DNA of 64,000 nucleotides from a virus (lineage: Duplodnaviria; Caudoviricetes), in the IMG/VR virus record IMGVR_UViG_3300027708_000016; one strand, given 5' to 3'. Of this stretch, positions 11,441-22,052 are shown piece by piece. The notes under the pieces were generated by a model. The model made no database searches. It was given only the letters and a program-made list of their open reading frames with translations, and was not told where the DNA came from. Position 1 is the stretch's first letter; each line of letters starts with the position of its first letter. Made by a program: the position numbers and the translations under genes.

Positions 11441-12549
11441 AGTATATAGTTGTTAAGTTGATCAATCAGTAGTTTGTGAATTTTTAATTGTTCTTCAAGC
11501 TTTGTAACTTTTAAAGCTAAATCAGATGCTGCTTCTTCCCAAGACTTTTCTTTAGGAATTTTATGACCTGTAATCTTACATTCTTCAAATTCTTGGAATT
11601 GATTATATTGTTTTGTTTTCTCATGACAATCACCACAAGCACATTTAAGAAAAGCAGTCTCATCTTCCTTATCACATTGTTCATCTAAAGATTTGTCTAA
11701 GTCTACTTCAACACCCTCTACTAAATCATTAGCCTTTTGAAGTAAATTTCCAATTATATCAGCACTACCAACAACAGGTATCTTATCATATTCTTCTTTT
11801 GTAATAGATTTTAATCTCTTTAACTCTTCTTCAAAAAAATTAACCTGATTATCCTTCTCAAAGACATAATCAACAATATCTTTTTTTAGCTTCTCTACTT
11901 CTTTCTCCAGTTCAAGTCTCTTTTCTAACTCTCTATCAGCACTTTTAGCTTCTTGTTCATAAGCTTTTTTCATACTCTCAAATGACTCTTTATACTCATT
12001 CCTTTCCTTATTAGCTGCATTCAGTTGATGTTTATACTCGTCTCTTTCTTTAGCACACTTTGTATAATTGTTCTGCACGATTTGTAATTTTGCTTCCATA
12101 TACTTTAGACCACCCATTGTAAGAAAACCATTATACTTCTCAAGAAGTTCGGTTTTTTCTTTTTCAAGCTTTTGATTAAGTTCACCAACTGGTTCACAAG
12201 CATAACATGAACCCTGATATCCATCTCTGTATTTTGCAAGTATTTCAATAAGATCAGCATTCTCCTTTTTGAGATCTATAAGAATCTTCTTAAGTTCTAC
12301 ATTTTCTTCTCTGAGTTTAAAAATCTTTTCATTACAAAGTTCTGGTTGGTGAACATCCCTTTTAAGCTCTTGGATTTCTTTTTTAAGATCATGGTTTTCT
12401 TTAAGAAACTGTTCAATTAATTCATTTTGTGCTTGTAACATACTAGGAGTTTGAGTTGGAGTCCAAACGTCTGGAAACCAAGCTGGAGTTAAATTAGAAT
12501 CTTCTATGATCTTATCAAGAGATTTCTTTTTTGGGAATAAATTAAACAT
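11425..12549 (-). CDS. Coiled-coil protein with two short Cys motifs
   Basis: Long heptad-rich E/K sequence; CYAC and CACGDC. Confidence 0.6.
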   Translation of the reverse strand: MFNLFPKKKSLDKIIEDSNLTPAWFPDVWTPTQTPSMLQAQNELIEQFLKENHDLKKEIQELKRDVHQPELCNEKIFKLREENVELKKILIDLKKENADLIEILAKYRDGYQGSCYACEPVGELNQKLEKEKTELLEKYNGFLTMGGLKYMEAKLQIVQNNYTKCAKERDEYKHQLNAANKERNEYKESFESMKKAYEQEAKSADRELEKRLELEKEVEKLKKDIVDYVFEKDNQVNFFEEELKRLKSITKEEYDKIPVVGSADIIGNLLQKANDLVEGVEVDLDKSLDEQCDKEDETAFLKCACGDCHEKTKQYNQFQEFEECKITGHKIPKEKSWEEAASDLALKVTKLEEQLKIHKLLIDQLNNYILCLKH

Positions 12550-13186
12550 AAATGTAGTATAGATTAATCTGGTGCAATGTCAAGAACTTTCTTCTTAATG
12601 TCTTCAAGTTGTTCTTTATCATAACGAGTATGTTGATCCCATTCAGGATCTCCGTAATGATCAAGAAAGTTATTAATTTCCATTAATATACCAAATTTTA
12701 ATACATTGTGAATGAGCCAAACTTCTGCTTCGTGTTGAGTTTCAAACTCTTCTACATCTCTTAAATAAGGCTGAAGAATATAACCAAAATGTTCTACTTC
12801 CCATTCCACTCTATCACCATAAAGATAATGAGTGCTTATTCTAAAGTGACAATCACGATCTTTGTGGTAATCACCAGCAATTACATCATACCAGATTTTA
12901 TTTAGTTCAATTATCTTTTCGTGATTTGTCATTAAAAAATGATATCACAATAAAAATTAAAGTCAATTAAATTTGAAAGTCTTTTGATTTAGATGCTTGT
13001 TTAAGGTTTTTTCTTTTCTTTGCAAGTTTTTTATGTCTTTTTAGCATCTTTCTAAATTCTGGTGAGATCATAAAAAGGAAAGAAACAAACCCTGCTACTA
13101 ATAAAAAAACGGAGAAGCTTGCAATTAAATGTAAGGCTTCTCCGTTCATAATAATACTTATTCTTGAATGTTACGGAATTGTAACA

Positions 13187-13834
13187 TTAGTATCCCATAT
13201 TAAGCTCTTGAGCTTGCTTTGTCAATTCATTTAAAGTTTCTTCACGATGATAATTCTCTCCAAATCCAAATATTTCTAATTCAATAGCTCCAAGCTCCAT
13301 AGGAGTATAGTTGATATGCTCACAGGAGACACAGAAGTATCTTGGATCAATCTCATTCTTGTATACATATTCTTCCCATCTACTATCTAAATCGGGATAT
13401 CTTGCGGTTCGATATACTTTCTTGTCGTGTATATGACCATGAACATTGATCTTATGAGCATTACCAAAGGTACTAGGATGCACAGGGATGTGACTCATGA
13501 GAATACCATTATCCAAACGATGAGTTGCACGAATATCTTTGAAATACTTTGCATACTCTTTCATCTCATAGATGTCGTGGTTTCCCTTGATAAGAATCTT
13601 CTTACCATTGAGTTTACCGAAGTTCTCAATATCTTTTCTTTTCTGAGCCACATCACCAAGAATATATATTTTGTCACTTGGATGAGTAACAACCTTGTTC
13701 CAGTTCTCAATCAAGGTAGCATCATGCTCCTCTACGCTTTTAAATGGACGCATAGGATGTCCATCCTCTTTAACAAGACTGACCATGTCTGAGTCCCCAA
13801 AGTGGAGATCTGCAATCAGGAATATATTTTTCAT
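13187..13834 (-). CDS. Calcineurin-like metallophosphoesterase
   Basis: ADLHFG, LGDVA, KGNHD, SHIP, HGHIH. Confidence 0.9.
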   Translation of the reverse strand: MKNIFLIADLHFGDSDMVSLVKEDGHPMRPFKSVEEHDATLIENWNKVVTHPSDKIYILGDVAQKRKDIENFGKLNGKKILIKGNHDIYEMKEYAKYFKDIRATHRLDNGILMSHIPVHPSTFGNAHKINVHGHIHDKKVYRTARYPDLDSRWEEYVYKNEIDPRYFCVSCEHINYTPMELGAIELEIFGFGENYHREETLNELTKQAQELNMGY

Positions 13835-14067
13835 CCAAGCATCTTAACAGTATCTCTATATGCTGTCAATGCTTTAATAATAGAATCTAGTTCTGTATTC
13901 TCAAAAGTCATAAATGATTTAGGTCTACGATTAGCATCAAAGTGACCAACATTTATATCAGTATATGTCATTTCAGTCCAATCATAATTGTCTGGTGATT
14001 GTTTAAATGTAACAAGGAATTCATCCAATTTTACATTTACTTGTACGCTTGTATTTTTATTTTTCAT
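13831..14067 (-). CDS. Hypothetical protein, paralog of 18945..19181
   Basis: MKNKNTSVQVNVKLD...LDSIIKALTAYRDTV; start refined to ATG at 14067. Confidence 0.7.
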   Translation of the reverse strand: MKNKNTSVQVNVKLDEFLVTFKQSPDNYDWTEMTYTDINVGHFDANRRPKSFMTFENTELDSIIKALTAYRDTVKMLG

Positions 14068-14272
14068 AAAGTTTACCATGAGGGTTTTTAAAATGCTCCC
14101 AAAGTCTTTCATGTACATAATAGAGAACAATCTTAGCAAAGAAGTCAAAGACTGATACACCTAATGAGATAAAAGGCTTTCCTGTAAAGAATAAACAGGC
14201 TAGAAAAGTAACTAAAGAGCCAAAGATCCTATAAGAGATGGCTTTGAGTAATGATACAGTTCTAGTTTCCAT
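14057..14272 (-). CDS. DUF2061-like small membrane protein
   Basis: SLLKAISYRIFGS...KIVLYYVHERLW signature. Confidence 0.8.
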   Translation of the reverse strand: METRTVSLLKAISYRIFGSLVTFLACLFFTGKPFISLGVSVFDFFAKIVLYYVHERLWEHFKNPHGKLYEK

Positions 14273-14296
14273 TATGCTTTAAGAGGAGGTGTCAAG
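14271..14296 (-). promoter_or_regulatory. Truncated copy of repeated early-promoter unit
   Basis: Minus strand CTTGACACCTCCTCTTAAAGCATA then directly the ATG; canonical -10 missing. Confidence 0.6.
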
Positions 14297-14551
14297 TGAT
14301 TTAGCCAAGCCAAGTTTATCTTGTACCTTACATAAAATTTTATTTAAATTTGCATCTAACTCCCAAGAAGCAATGCTTCTTGGGTCCCAAGAAGCATTTG
14401 ACATACCATCTTTATCATATCTATTACCCAAACTTTCGATATATTGTTTGTTAAAATTCAAATGACATACCCAATTATCATTTTCATCAAGTATAGATAC
14501 ATACACTGAAGAAAACCCATTATGTATTTCTGTCTTATATTTCATAATCTT

Positions 14552-14581
14552 ATTCTATGTGCTTTAGGAGGAGGTGTCAAG
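14552..14581 (-). promoter_or_regulatory. Sigma70-type early promoter (repeated unit)
   Basis: TTGACA-cctcctcctaaagcaca(17)-TAGAAT. Confidence 0.85.
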
Positions 14582-14794
14582 TTTTTGTTGATTCTTTTTG
14601 AATCTTACTAAACAATCAAAGATATAATCCTCTTCTTTATTTTGCATATTCTCTGGTACATTCTGTAAAAACGAACCAATAATCATTAAACAATATTGAA
14701 CAATTTCTTCTCTAGAAATAGAAGAAGTATTGAACTTAACACCTACACCATATTCATCATTAGCTTTAAAAATTTCTAGTATATTCATCATAAT

Positions 14795-14824
14795 ATTCTA
14801 TATGCTTTAAGAGGAGGTGTCAAG
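14795..14824 (-). promoter_or_regulatory. Sigma70-type early promoter (repeated unit)
   Basis: TTGACA-cctcctcttaaagcata(17)-TAGAAT. Confidence 0.85.
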
Positions 14825-14833
14825 CTAAAATGC

Positions 14834-15424
14834 TTAAATCCAAACAAACAATACTCTACGAATAACTTCTATTGGGTATTTAAAGTTTGTTCTATGTTTA
14901 AAAACAAACCATCCTAGTAATACAAAACAAAGCAACAAGACAGCTATAATAGTGTTAGGTTCAGGTAAGGGACAAATCTGATTACCAAAAGCTTGTCCAG
15001 TTCCTAGGAAATTAGTACCACTATAGAATACTATATTTTTTAAGTTACTACTATTTGGGACAGTAGTAAATTTTAAAACCTCTGATGTATTATTAGGATT
15101 ATAGTTAATAATAGATAGAATATAATTATTAATGTTTATAAGACTATAAAAAGTAAGGAGAGTATTACCAGAGATTGTAGTAAAATCAATTGTACTATTA
15201 GCTGTTAGAGTAAGGGTTCCAAATGTTTGACTAATAGTTTTATCAGCAGTCCTATTACCTCCATTGGACAATAATAAGGTTCCCCCATTTAGGACAACAG
15301 CAGTTCCTACAGTCTGTGGATTATTACCCTTTCCAACATTAAAAGTATCTTCAGAATTAACAAGAATTACAGTACCAAAAGTATTACTAACAAAGAGTAG
15401 AAATATAGCAAGGAATCTAATCAT
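14834..15424 (-). CDS. Secreted protein with PEP-CTERM-like sorting signal
   Basis: Signal peptide; beta-strand repeat-like GGTLLL/GTLTLTANSTIDF; C-terminal LPEP + TM helix + KHR. Confidence 0.75.
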   Translation of the reverse strand: MIRFLAIFLLFVSNTFGTVILVNSEDTFNVGKGNNPQTVGTAVVLNGGTLLLSNGGNRTADKTISQTFGTLTLTANSTIDFTTISGNTLLTFYSLININNYILSIINYNPNNTSEVLKFTTVPNSSNLKNIVFYSGTNFLGTGQAFGNQICPLPEPNTIIAVLLLCFVLLGWFVFKHRTNFKYPIEVIRRVLFVWI

Positions 15425-15678
15425 ATAATACTGTATGCTGTACCTCTTACTGGAGGTGGTGTTGGGTAAGGACTCTTTTTTGGCTTAGGAATAGGGGTTA
15501 TTGCAGGTCGAGGGGTAGGTGTGGGTGTTGATGCAATAGGTTTAATTGGTTTGGCATTAGGGAGGGTTTGCTTAGTAACTGGCGTGGGTCGAGGAGTTGG
15601 AGTTGGTGTTGACTTTATACTATCTTCAGCAAATACTGAGGTAGATAAAATTAACATTATTAATATTTTTTTCATAAT
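15421..15678 (-). CDS. Secreted Pro/Thr-rich small protein
   Basis: MKKILIMLILSTSVFA signal followed by PTPTPRPTP repeats; start approximate. Confidence 0.55.
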   Translation of the reverse strand: MMKKILIMLILSTSVFAEDSIKSTPTPTPRPTPVTKQTLPNAKPIKPIASTPTPTPRPAITPIPKPKKSPYPTPPPVRGTAYSII

Positions 15679-15749
15679 ATTATTATAATGATATTTAACA
15701 GGAAGTGTCAATATAATTGTCACTTAATTTATTTTAAGTAAATTATTAC

Positions 15750-15778
15750 AGTCTATATGCTTTAGGAGGAGGTGTCAA
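15750..15778 (-). promoter_or_regulatory. Sigma70-type early promoter (repeated unit)
   Basis: TTGACA-cctcctcctaaagcata(17)-TAGACT. Confidence 0.8.
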
Positions 15779-16430
15779 AAGAATCTTATGAATTATCCAA
15801 AATTGTACTTTAGACATCCAATATAAAAACAACATTCCTAAGATAGTATAAACACATAATGCTTCAAAAGCATTTGGTTCTGGTAAACTATCTAACCAAT
15901 TAATAAATCTTTGTCTCATTTAGATTCCAACTCTTTAATCTTATTCAAAAGCTGTTCATTCTCTTCCTTAAGTGTCATATACTTTCGATTTAGATTCAAA
16001 TAAGCATCAAGTGCTCCACTTAGTTCTTCTTTATGTAAAGAAGTTCTTGAATCATACTCTTTAAGAGTATTGTCATTAATGTATTCTTGTAGGTTTTGTG
16101 TTTCTGTTGTCATATTTTTAATATTATATACTATTAGAAGGACTAGTCAAGAGAATCTTCAGCAACTTCTGGTATAAAGTTTTTAGGAATGTTATCATCC
16201 AACCACTCTTTTGGTCTTTCTGTAAACCTTCCCTCTTCACCCAACAAACTAAAATAAGCTGTCTCCAATCCAATAAGCATACCATACATATACTCATTGA
16301 TGTTATAGTTGCCATTCTGCTTTTGGATGTCAATAAGACCTTTAATCTTTGGCACAGCATAATCTCTAAAGATTTCTTTAACCAAATTATCATTCCATCT
16401 TACTTCTTTTTGTTCTTCATTCATAATCTT

Positions 16431-16460
16431 ATTCTATATGATTTAAGAGGAGGTGTCAAG
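16431..16460 (-). promoter_or_regulatory. Sigma70-type early promoter (repeated unit)
   Basis: TTGACA-cctcctcttaaatcata(17)-TAGAAT. Confidence 0.85.
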
Positions 16461-16464
16461 CAGA

Positions 16465-17181
16465 TTACCAACCCTCCTCTTTCTTTCTTGGTGCTGTTAC
16501 AAATACTCCCCAATCATCTCCACTGAATGAAATCTCATACTTGTCACCTTTAGGAAGAGTTTTAAACTTCTTATCAATGAGATCAAAAGCACCTTTGAAG
16601 TCTCCAACCGAGATCAAATTTTCTAGCTTCTTTTGAATACTCTTCGGAGCCTTGAAAAACTTCCTAGTACTAAATCCTTCTACAACTGGATTAGGAACAT
16701 CAGAATAACTTCCCCAACAAGTATCAAAGTCTCTTCCAGTACCAGCGTATCCATCGTTTCTTTCGTATGCCATATATTGCCTTAGTGTCTTCTGAATCAT
16801 ATATGCTTCCTCTCCACCATAGCCATACTGACCAATTCCCCATGCAGCATTAGGAGAACCAAGATCTTTGAAGTATACAGATCTAATAAGCTTCTCAATT
16901 TCTTTATTATCGCCATAATGATAATATTTTCTATCCTTTAACATCTTGGTTTGCTTATCTGCATAACACTCATCAAGAGCCATATCAATCTGACCACTTC
17001 TCATTCTTTGAAATACTTCCAATGCTCTTACGAGGACAGGAAGATGCCTCTCATCAAAGATAACTGTGACTTTCTTATGTTCTTTTTTCTTTTTAGCTTT
17101 CAAATTTTTAACATGATTTTTCATTTCTTGGACATCCTTTTGGATTTGTTTGTGATCTTCTTTAATGTAATTGTGAATCAT
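16465..17181 (-). CDS. Hypothetical phage protein
   Basis: 238-aa ORF directly downstream of an early promoter. Confidence 0.65.
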   Translation of the reverse strand: MIHNYIKEDHKQIQKDVQEMKNHVKNLKAKKKKEHKKVTVIFDERHLPVLVRALEVFQRMRSGQIDMALDECYADKQTKMLKDRKYYHYGDNKEIEKLIRSVYFKDLGSPNAAWGIGQYGYGGEEAYMIQKTLRQYMAYERNDGYAGTGRDFDTCWGSYSDVPNPVVEGFSTRKFFKAPKSIQKKLENLISVGDFKGAFDLIDKKFKTLPKGDKYEISFSGDDWGVFVTAPRKKEEGW

Positions 17182-17187
17182 TTTTAT

Positions 17188-17217
17188 AGTCTATAGGAAT
17201 CTTTAGGTGGTGTCAAG
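17188..17217 (-). promoter_or_regulatory. Sigma70-type early promoter (diverged unit)
   Basis: TTGACA-ccacctaaagattccta(17)-TAGACT. Confidence 0.75.
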
Positions 17218-17500
17218 CTTCTTCTTCTAATTTTGCAATACAATTTCTTGTTATTATTAAATATCATAAACCAGTGTGATAGAATGCTTCATCAGAAGAA
17301 CCAGTGGCATAACCATCACCATAGCCTTCACTATATTTTTCAAGTTTAATATCTTCTATTTCTTCTATAAATTTATTATATTTTGATTCTAAAGATTTTG
17401 CTAATTCAATAAGACCATCTACCCAAGCATCATATGATTCATATTCATCTCTATTTTTAATATAATTTTCTACAATGGATTCTTTATTCATGATTCTTAT

Positions 17501-17530
17501 ATTCTATATGATTTTTTAGGACTCTTCAAG
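17501..17530 (-). promoter_or_regulatory. Sigma70-type early promoter (diverged unit)
   Basis: TTGAAG-agtcctaaaaaatcata(17)-TAGAAT. Confidence 0.7.
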
Positions 17531-18823
17531 CTTTTTTGCATTTCCACATCAAATAGGCATATGCACTGCGATAATTTTCAAAAGTCTTAGCCTGTCCTTT
17601 CATTAAGATTTTCCTTGCTTCTAGAAATGTATACTCTTTGTTATCTAAGATAAATTTCATAATTTTAGTTTATATGATTCTTTATGATGAAATGTCAATA
17701 ATTAAAATTAATATCATTTGTTTGGCTGGGTAGATCAATATTTTTATTCTTACTCCAATTTTCCTTGACCATCTTGTGCCTAAGCATTTCAGTAACTATC
17801 TGGACGACATTAAACTCATTAAATTTCTTAAAACGGAACTTATCTGCGAACTCTTCTAGGAACTGTTCAATCTCTTCGTTCTTATTTTTCATACTTTTAT
17901 AATGAGGACACTAGTCCTGCTATACCCCATATACCTAATACTATCATTAATATAAACAAAAGAAATTCTCCTATTGTTTTTAATACCTCTACTAGTCCTT
18001 TCCCAACAAAGAATTCTCCAAGGAATTCCATATAAAACATACACCCTAATAGGAATAACAATGGTGCAGCAGCTATTGTATACAAGAAGATCATTTTTTT
18101 ACTGATTTATTTATATGGTTTTTGGTTTTTTATTTTTCATGCTATTAGCATATTCAATTTTTTAATAATTGTCAAGATCCTTATACATATTCCCGAAATA
18201 TGTAGTGGGAAGGTTACAAAATTAAAAATCGGTATCACCAGTAGATCCTAGTGCATCCATGTATTCGTCTTCCTCTTGATAGTCTCTGACTAACCAACGA
18301 CCAAGATCTTGCATGGCTTGGTTGTAACGATTCTGAAGCCAATCTGGAGTTTCATAATATTTTGGATTCTCGTGATGGAAATACAAAGATTCATTCTTTG
18401 CATTGTTCAGATCTTCCAAGAACTGTATACCATTACGAATAAGTTCGTAATTGAATTTTTCTTTATTTTTCTTTTTCATATTCTATTAGGGTCAATTTTT
18501 TTAGGATGTCCTGCATCATGAACTGTTTCCCATAAAGAATCAATAGTGTGGCAAATCTCTACTTTCTTTCTACCAACTTTCTTGTGTGCTTTAAGAATCT
18601 TGCCATTAGGACTTTCTCTCTCATAAAGATACCAATCAATCCACTCAAGTTGATCTGTATTAAATGCTGCTGTAAAAAGTTCAGTAATTACATGTTCATA
18701 GTTCTCTTCGTACTGCATGAGATCAACTCCAAGTTTATACATCTCACGAGATCTCAAACGAGCAGCTTGAAGGTTTAGGATTATTTTTTCAAATGATTGT
18801 TTATTCATATTTTTAAAAGTTGA

Positions 18824-18938
18824 TGACTAGGAACTACTTTTGTGGTAATTCGGACAGGCTACACGTTCATCGTATACTATGCTTCGCTATCACCTGTTGC
18901 GGAAGTTCTTTAGCTTATAAGAACTCGCACCCTAGTCA
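18824..18938. ncRNA. Candidate structured RNA / 5'UTR element (unassigned)
   Basis: 8-bp closing stem TGACTAGG/CCTAGTCA, internal AGTTCTT/AAGAACT and ACAGG/CCTGT helices; GC-richer than its surroundings. Confidence 0.45.
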
Positions 18939-18944
18939 AATTGT

Positions 18945-19181
18945 TTAGGTTAATACTGTAACAGTATCCCTATAAGCTGTCAAAGCATTAATGATTGAAT
19001 CTAGTTCATGACTCTCAAAAGACATAAAATGTATTGGTCTACGATTTGTATCCATGTGACTAGGACAAATATCAGTAGTGAACATTTCAGTCCAATCGTG
19101 ATTGTCTGGTGATTGTCTGAAAGTTACATAAAAATTATCTAACTTTACGTTTACCTGTACGGTTGTATTTGTGTTTTTCAT
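18945..19181 (-). CDS. Hypothetical protein, paralog of 13831..14067
   Basis: MKNTNTTVQVNVKLD...LDSIINALTAYRDTV. Confidence 0.7.
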   Translation of the reverse strand: MKNTNTTVQVNVKLDNFYVTFRQSPDNHDWTEMFTTDICPSHMDTNRRPIHFMSFESHELDSIINALTAYRDTVTVLT

Positions 19182-19215
19182 GATTTATATATAGTAAACG
19201 ATGTTTTAAATTTTG

Positions 19216-19638
19216 TCAAATCAAAATTTTATTAAATTGATCAGCAGTACAATTATTTTTATGTCTTCCATCATCAACTAATAGACAAGGAATTCCTTCT
19301 AATTCGGCAGCAACTACATGATGAAGAATATCATCAACATGTAGAACGCTTTTGATTTTTTTTAAAATTGGTAATTTTGAACCACCAGAGGTATAATGAA
19401 TTTCTTTGATAGGAAGCTGATAGTTATATACAAAACTCTTAACTTCTGGAATAGCCCATTCCTCACGAGCAGTAACAATATGAATTTCATATCCTTCATT
19501 ATGTTTTTCCATTAAAATATCAATAACGTCCTTGATGGGAACAAGTTCATCACTAACAATTCCCCAAAGAAGTCCTTGCTTTTCTTCCGTCATTGATGCC
19601 AAAGTGTCATCAAAGTCAAACGAGACTATACCTTTCAT
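19216..19638 (-). CDS. HAD-superfamily phosphatase-like protein
   Basis: SFDFDDTL, IVTAR, HVDD motifs. Confidence 0.75.
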   Translation of the reverse strand: MKGIVSFDFDDTLASMTEEKQGLLWGIVSDELVPIKDVIDILMEKHNEGYEIHIVTAREEWAIPEVKSFVYNYQLPIKEIHYTSGGSKLPILKKIKSVLHVDDILHHVVAAELEGIPCLLVDDGRHKNNCTADQFNKILI

Positions 19639-20792
19639 GAAGAACGAGGAAGATATACAGCATTAACCATATCTTGCAACCAAGCCATAGTTGGTGCTTT
19701 ATCATACTCTCCATCATAATAAGCTTTATCATCTGGTAACTTTTTAAGTCCAGCAATATATTGTACATGGTGGACTTCATCAAATCCAGTTTCATATCCA
19801 TCAACAACAACAATTTGTTCTGGATCAAATTTTTGAAGTTGTTCTATTAGTTCTTTTACTTTCATATATTCCAAGTTGTTCTTCCTCCATGATGACCACA
19901 AGTCTCACAATTACCTTTGCTTTCCTCATAATCATCCGATTGAAAACATTCCATAAAACTTTGAAAAGAACAAGTACCATCCTTAATTCCTTCTTTTAGT
20001 TTCAATAAAAGATAATCAAGAAGTTCATCATCTTCTTCAGGTTGCTTGACTCCCTCTTCTACTTCTCCACTTCTCCATACATCATTGATAGAAAATCCCC
20101 AATTATAACAGGACATCTCATCATAAACTATCTTGTATTTTGGTTCATCATTTATCTCGTTGAATTTCTGTTCAGTTATGATCATACCTTTAAGTCCATT
20201 GATCTCAGAAAGCCAAACGGTTCCCTGATCAATTTTTTTAACTTCCCAAAATATGTTATCTATTTTTACAGTTCTCATAATAATTTTTTTTGTCGAGTTT
20301 TTTTCTGATTTTCTCAACTTTTTTTTCTTCAATAATCTTTGGAATATCCTTTAATCCTTCTTGGATTCCTTCAATAAATCCAGTCAATAACCACCAACAA
20401 AAAGTAAAAATAAATATAACAAATCCTAATGCTATTATACTAAGAATAATTGCTGCTGATATTTTAATTATTTCTAGTATCATACACTCCAAGTTTTGCC
20501 ATTGTATCCAAGACCAACCTGACCCCAAAATCCAGAATTTTGAACATCGGGAATAATTGAATTTGATTTGTAATCAAATAGATCCTTTTCAATAAACTTA
20601 ACATTCTCTTGAATTGGAATTACAATGGCAGCAAGATCATCTTCAAAGTCAGCTTTGATAATGTTCACACCATTTTTATCATAACCTTCTCTCTTAATCT
20701 GATTCATAAAGTAATCAGAAGACTTCTTGCTAATAAAAATAGCATAGGTATTGTTATTGTTGAATGTTTCGGATTTTAGTTTTGTCATAATT

Positions 20793-21623
20793 TTAGAATA
20801 CACCAAACTTTATAAGTTTGTCAATATTTTCTTTTGCCTTCTTATTTCTTTTTTCTTGTGCCTCAAGATAGAAATTAGGAAGCCCAGTATCAATAGCTGC
20901 ACAGCTTCCATCTTCATCAATCTCAAGAACCTGATGTAGACCACAATCAATGTTGGCATTCAACCCTCCGTTTTCATACCAAGTATTAATTTTACCCATC
21001 GTGGGGGTGTGTCCATAAACTTGACGTAATCCTCTAGTAACGTGACCTTCTTGAAAGTCATCACACCAAAGTATTCCACCAACCTTTTGCACACCACCAC
21101 GACAACGACCTACAGCACCAATGGTTTCGTTCCATGTACGATTAAGGTAATCATCTGTAGCCTTTGCAATCTTATCAATGATAACTTCATTACTCATACC
21201 TTTAATGGGGTGTTCAAACCAAGTTGGATGAATACCAGCATGGGTAAACCATACGCCGTTACCAAGATGTGCAAACTTAATTTTATCCCATGCTTGTTGA
21301 TCCATAACACGATTGATGACATCATCTTTCTTCATATCATAACCAGAACAATTGTATATGTTCTGAATATGACCACTTTCATCCTTGCTATAATTTAAAT
21401 ACGAATAATTGATATCGTGATTCCCCATCAAATGAATACGATTGGGTTTATCAAGCGATTCTTTTAGCCAACGAGCAGTCTGAATTGCATCATTGGCGGT
21501 ATCACCGAAATCATCAAAGTAATCACCAGTAAAAACTACAGTATGAGTCTTATCATACAATGATGCAATTTCTTCAGCTTCTACCCAATGATTATGGATA
21601 TCACCAATAGCTATAATGTTCAT
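20793..21623 (-). CDS. Calcineurin-like metallophosphoesterase
   Basis: GDIHNH, GDYFD, MGNHD, THAG, YGHT. Confidence 0.9.
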   Translation of the reverse strand: MNIIAIGDIHNHWVEAEEIASLYDKTHTVVFTGDYFDDFGDTANDAIQTARWLKESLDKPNRIHLMGNHDINYSYLNYSKDESGHIQNIYNCSGYDMKKDDVINRVMDQQAWDKIKFAHLGNGVWFTHAGIHPTWFEHPIKGMSNEVIIDKIAKATDDYLNRTWNETIGAVGRCRGGVQKVGGILWCDDFQEGHVTRGLRQVYGHTPTMGKINTWYENGGLNANIDCGLHQVLEIDEDGSCAAIDTGLPNFYLEAQEKRNKKAKENIDKLIKFGVF

Positions 21624-21755
21624 CTTTTTATAATAGATGATTTAAAAAAATATGTCAACCTTTAATTAAAAATATTGCTAATTTTATTACCCAATACCAA
21701 AAAATAAAACAACCAATGACAATAAAAAGATTTGGTGGAATGTATTTCATAAAAA

Positions 21756-22052
21756 TTATCTCCGATAACACCCTCCACCATATCCATATCCACCACGATA
21801 ACCGCCATATCCATATCCGCATCCGTAACCCCTACCCCATCCACCATATCCATATCCATATCCACCCCACCCATAGTTTGCATAATATGGGTAAGAATAA
21901 CCATAGTAAGGATAACTATAACCATAACTGTATGGATAAGAATAACCATAATTTACAGATGGTGTAGAAACAACATAATCACCATTCACGGTACAACCAA
22001 CCGTGAAAATGCACATTAATAGAATTGTAAAGTATTTAATCATATTAAGCAA
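21756..22052 (-). CDS. Gly/Tyr-rich putative lipoprotein
   Basis: Lipobox-like FTVGC followed by YGYSYPY and GGYGYG repeats. Confidence 0.6.
   Translation of the reverse strand: MLNMIKYFTILLMCIFTVGCTVNGDYVVSTPSVNYGYSYPYSYGYSYPYYGYSYPYYANYGWGGYGYGYGGWGRGYGCGYGYGGYRGGYGYGGGCYRR

Noticed and set aside
16124-16393. Alternative-frame ORF overlapping 16143..16424, and many short antisense ORFs
   Set aside because: They overlap better-supported genes that have promoters and typical composition
18862-18908. Resemblance to the glnA glutamine riboswitch (CGTTCATC...GCGGAAGT)
   Set aside because: Wrong strand relative to neighbouring genes, and the closing GAAGG-AACG element is absent
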